Source of the DNA: a virus
DNA: 64,000 nucleotides
Strand: one strand, 5' to 3'
Virus record (IMG/VR): IMGVR_UViG_3300032282_006516
Location: 32,001 to 96,000 of that record
A model generated the notes under the pieces. The model was not told the DNA's origin and did no database searches. It was given only the letters and a program-made list of their open reading frames with translations. Made by a program: the position numbers and the translations under genes. The first letter of the stretch is position 1. The number at the start of each line of letters is the position of its first letter. Of this stretch, positions 63,341-64,000 are shown piece after piece.

Positions 63341-63998
63341 GAAGGCGCTCCTGCTGCCGTAGCCGTTCACGGCTCTCTTCAAGATAACCGTTCACTGTCA
63401 GCAGCCGGCGAAGCTGCTCGTCAACGAACGTGTCTCCCTTAGGTGGACGACCTGCTTGACGCACGGCGGGCCACTTCTGCGCGAGTTCCTTCTCGTCGAT
63501 TTCTTCAGGAACATCGAGCTGGACGAAGTCGAGCGGAGGCAGCGGCAAGAACACTCCATCGTGGTGGTAAACCGTTTTGAAGTACGCCTTCATCTCGCTT
63601 GACCACTCCACGTCTTCGCGGATTCGGTTGGCGATGTCAGCCGCCACCAAGCACTGAGCGACCGTGGGCGCGTGCATGACGCGGAAGTCCGGAAACTCCC
63701 CGTTGAACGGAAGCAGGCAGGCGACAAACACCTCCCAGCGCTCCCAGAACGAATCCACAAGATGAAGCGTTCGGCACGCTTGAATCTTCGCGATGTTCAG
63801 TTCGCTAACGGAGGGTGTCTTGAACTCAAGCGGAATGCGGTGGCGAAGCGTCGCGGCCTCCCACCCCAACCATTCCGGCCCGTAACGCCGCAGCAACGCA
63901 AGATCGAGAACCAACGGATGTGCATCCGGGTGTCGCCAAAGATTCGCTGCGGTAACGGTCGACGGCGGTGCGGGAAGCTCCGCCGTGTACGTCTCCTC
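63333..63998 (-). CDS. Hypothetical protein, 5' end outside the window
   Basis: Frame stays open to the window edge (EETYTAELPAPP...HPDAHPLVLDL). Confidence 0.7.
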   Translation of the reverse strand, partial: EETYTAELPAPPSTVTAANLWRHPDAHPLVLDLALLRRYGPEWLGWEAATLRHRIPLEFKTPSVSELNIAKIQACRTLHLVDSFWERWEVFVACLLPFNGEFPDFRVMHAPTVAQCLVAADIANRIREDVEWSSEMKAYFKTVYHHDGVFLPLPPLDFVQLDVPEEIDEKELAQKWPAVRQAGRPPKGDTFVDEQLRRLLTVNGYLEESRERLRQQERLHV

Positions 63999-64000
63999 CT

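Noticed and set aside
1-64000. Stop-codon reassignment as seen in some large phages
   Set aside because: Genes are intact and tightly coupled under the standard code, with TAG, TGA and TAA all used as stops

Overview
This window is part of a large, GC-rich (about 60-65% by eye), contractile-tailed (myovirus-like) jumbo-type bacteriophage genome. No host housekeeping operons, tRNA/rRNA genes, integrase or CRISPR array are visible. Most genes are on the minus strand and form a morphogenesis region: portal (60155-62200), a 2144-aa single-chain bacterial-type RNA polymerase beta-beta' fusion (49241-55675) directly upstream of a gpV-like spike gene, gpA-type large terminase, prohead protease, scaffold/core-like proteins, decoration protein, major capsid protein, neck proteins, tail sheath and tail tube. 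Further downstream are a dNMP kinase, an intein-split dCMP deaminase, a lytic transglycosylase, a tail-chaperone-like G/GT pair, a GroES-like co-chaperonin and many small Cys-rich ORFs. Short plus-strand islands carry probable early genes (GNAT, HTH protein, MoxR-VWA pair). The most notable observations are: (1) the intein has no in-frame endonuclease, but its opposite strand encodes a complete HTH-HTH-DUF559/Vsr-like nuclease; (2) the fused, streamlined RNAP looks virion-packaged, lacks the beta' N-terminal zinc finger and has a remodelled rifampicin pocket; (3) a K-x-A motif recurs dozens of times in head-region proteins and flanks glycine-zipper modules, suggesting a protease/cargo code; (4) a GGGAAAT -1 frameshift links the chaperone-like pair; (5) a repeated ATAAGAA-containing motif precedes plus-strand genes. 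All functional calls come from motif recognition by eye; no searches were run, and several start codons are my own estimates.
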